In this document: positions 61,177 to 64,000 of the stretch, piece by piece
How the letters are laid out: each line of letters starts with the position of its first letter
Position numbering within the stretch: the first letter of the stretch is position 1
Origin: Octopus vulgaris
Lineage: Eukaryota
Assembly: GCA_951406725.2 (NCBI GenBank)
Contig: OX597837.1
Coordinates: 4,030,001 to 4,094,000 of the forward strand
Reading direction: 5' to 3'
Length of the DNA stretch: 64,000 bases
The notes under the pieces: generated by a model
Told to the model about the DNA's origin: nothing
The model's database searches: none
The model's input: the letters and a program-made list of their open reading frames with translations, nothing else
Translations under genes and position numbers: made by a program

Positions 61177-62053
61177 AGTTTGCATGTATGCATATATGTA
61201 TCTGTTACGCCAGAATGTTCTCGAACGTCTATATGTCATTCAAGCTGTCAATGACAACATAATGTTGTCTGATGGAAATACGAACTAATGTATATGCTAT
61301 AGGATCTCAGGAGAAGAAACTATATTTAGATTTGTTTTCTTCAGGACCGTGTGTATGTCGAGGCTGCTGTATAGGATTAGCTCAATTCATATCGAACAGA
61401 AAAATATATTTAGGGACGTTTCATTCACAACCATCTCTTTTTGTCTTCTGACATAATATTCTTGAAAATTTTTCCTTTTGTTTCTGAAGTTAATAAAAAT
61501 TAATATCACAAAAACCAATATAAATCAATTTATTTCAATAAATTCTCCCATTTATATCACTATGACTAAAACGTATTTTTACGCGATTAAAACCGGTTGC
61601 TTATTTTCATAAAGTAAATACTTTCTTTTATCTAAGACAAAGTTCTAGAAACACTGTTTTACATTTTTTATTACCATTTACACTACAAATATTTCTGCTC
61701 TTGCTATATATATTTATTCTAGTTAAAGTAAATCTCTATTGAATGTCAGCAGCAAGTATTAGATTAGTTATAACTTAATAAGTATTAATATATCATTTGA
61801 TCTTCCTGTTACGTTCAGCTTAAAAGACATATATATATATATAATTATACTGTCAACTGGGATTGTTTCACAAAATTATTTGTATTGGCTGCAATCATTA
61901 TAGTAAACAATATCAACATAATATTATGTGTGTGTCTATATTTCTATGTGCGTACAAATATCCTCATTTATAAATGAATACGCATGTATCCATCGGTATA
62001 TGATAGATATCCGACTATACACACACACATATATATATGTGTATAAATGTATG

Positions 62054-62108
<55 letters not shown>

Positions 62109-62267
62109 TTTTATGTGTGCATGCATTTACATGTATTTGCTTCAATTTATGTTTGAGTGTCATACTGAATACTTCTGTACCTGAGCAAATTTCTCACGCA
62201 CACAACACACACATGCAACACACACACACACACACACAGACAGACACACACGCACGTACACACAAAC

Positions 62268-62298
<31 letters not shown>

Positions 62299-62412
62299 TG
62301 TATAGGTATATATAAATATGTATATATACACATACACATGCAAGCGCACACTCATATAATTATGTAAATATCTATCAAGTCACCACAACTATTTAGCTGT
62401 TTAAAAGAAATG

Positions 62413-62539
<127 letters not shown>

Positions 62540-63089
62540 TAATAAACAATAATAAATGTAATAAATAAAATAATAAATATAATAACAAATATTAAATTAT
62601 ATTCATACCCAATAATGAATAATAAATTAGAAAGCAAAATTCAATATATGTTTGGGGTTTACTGCGTTTGGACAGCGAAATGAAGATTATTGGCCTTAGT
62701 CTCTATTGTTATTAACGTAAGAGATTTTGCTTGTTTCTAATGATAATATAATATTAATAATATAAAATTTTATTATATTCATTATCCTCATTATGAGAAT
62801 ATATGCTGTTGGTTGTAACGATTCAATACCAACAATACTCGTCAGATTATTAAGATCAATATTGGTAATAATAATATTAAATGTCCTTATGAAATGCCGG
62901 ACAGAAGCTCTCTTTGTTTCCGATCTTTGCTAATTAAAAGTGTTATTATGTACATGATTTGTTTTAGTGTAAAAATTTAGCTAGACCAAATATTCTGCTC
63001 AATACCAAAGATGTGCGTGTCAGTTCGTTGACCTTTGCGTAATATGAATTCCGAACGTAGTGACAGGCATACTAACAACTCTGCCACCC

Positions 63090-63156
<67 letters not shown>

Positions 63157-63185
63157 TTCATAATAATAATAATATTAATAATAAC

Positions 63186-63256
<71 letters not shown>

Positions 63257-63263
63257 TAATAAT

Positions 63264-63718
63264 ATGACTGTCCCAATCGATATAAACGTATCTGTCAAGA
63301 CCTACCAAAAACTGAGCAAATATAAAGATCTTGAAATAGAAATCAGCAAAATGTGGAAGCTGAAGACTAAAACAATACCTGTTGTCATAGTTGCCCTGGG
63401 AATGATAGCGAAAGGGGCTGATTGTTACCTAACTCAGATACCAGGAAACCCCAAAATGGCAGAAATTCAAAAGATAGTGCTCATGGGAACTGCTCATATC
63501 CTACGCAAAATACTCTCTATGTAATCCCAAGGTTTAAAACAAACTTTTTTTAAAAAATCTCTGTATTAGACATTCACTAGTACAACACCAAAAAATCCCC
63601 CAAATATATGGCACACTAGGCATAACAACAACGTGAACTTCCAACCTGTTGTCCCTTGAGGTCTCTGGGTGAGACTTGGAGCCAACTTGTACAGACATAA
63701 AGCAAAAGTCAAACATAG
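63264..63718 (+). mobile_element. 5'-truncated copy of the Dong/R4 element within (AAT)n
   Basis: MTVPIDINVSVKTYQKLSKYKDLEIEISKMW...ILRKILSM is almost identical to 46376-46636. Same 3' end aaaagtcaaacatag. Confidence 0.92.
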
Positions 63719-63812
63719 AATAATAATAATAGTAATAATAATAATAATAGTAATAATAATAATAATAGTAATAGTAATAGTAATAATAATAGTAGTAGTA
63801 GTAGTAGTAGTA

Positions 63813-63861
<49 letters not shown>

Positions 63862-63880
63862 CAACAACAACAACAACAAC

Positions 63881-63939
<59 letters not shown>

Positions 63940-63941
<2 letters not shown>

Positions 63942-64000
63942 GCTCTGATGCAGTACCAGACAGTGGCTCTCATGTATTCTGATCTTGGAAGTGTTATGAT
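63940..64000 (+). mobile_element. Start of another copy of the (AAT)n-embedded non-coding element
   Basis: atgctctgatgcagtaccagacagtggctctcatg matches 51855. Confidence 0.75.

Overview
AT-rich, repeat-saturated eukaryotic DNA with no convincing host gene. It is probably intergenic or intronic. The tRNA-derived SINE families and the extreme (TA)n/(AAT)n microsatellite load suggest an octopus-like cephalopod genome, which is an inference. Real coding sequence is confined to transposons: a CR1-group LINE (CCCH ORF1 plus APE-RT ORF2) with a tandem 5'-truncated sister copy, an R4/Dong-type RT plus restriction-like-endonuclease LINE inside (AAT)n, and fragments of RTE, mariner and Tc1. Non-autonomous elements include three SINE groups, four copies of a GG-terminated MITE with telomere-like repeats (three with 8-bp TSDs), Helitron-like elements and an AAT-embedded element. 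The most notable structure is a set of minimal type I hammerhead ribozyme motifs: one intact at 35411-35498, one inside a ~1.15-kb palindrome, and a divergent variant in a tandem-forming, TA-embedded ~190-bp repeat that resembles a retrozyme or Penelope derivative. Long fold-back palindromes lie at 11011-12157, 13741-14281 and 26074-26485. Nearly all ORFs in the supplied track are microsatellite artefacts.
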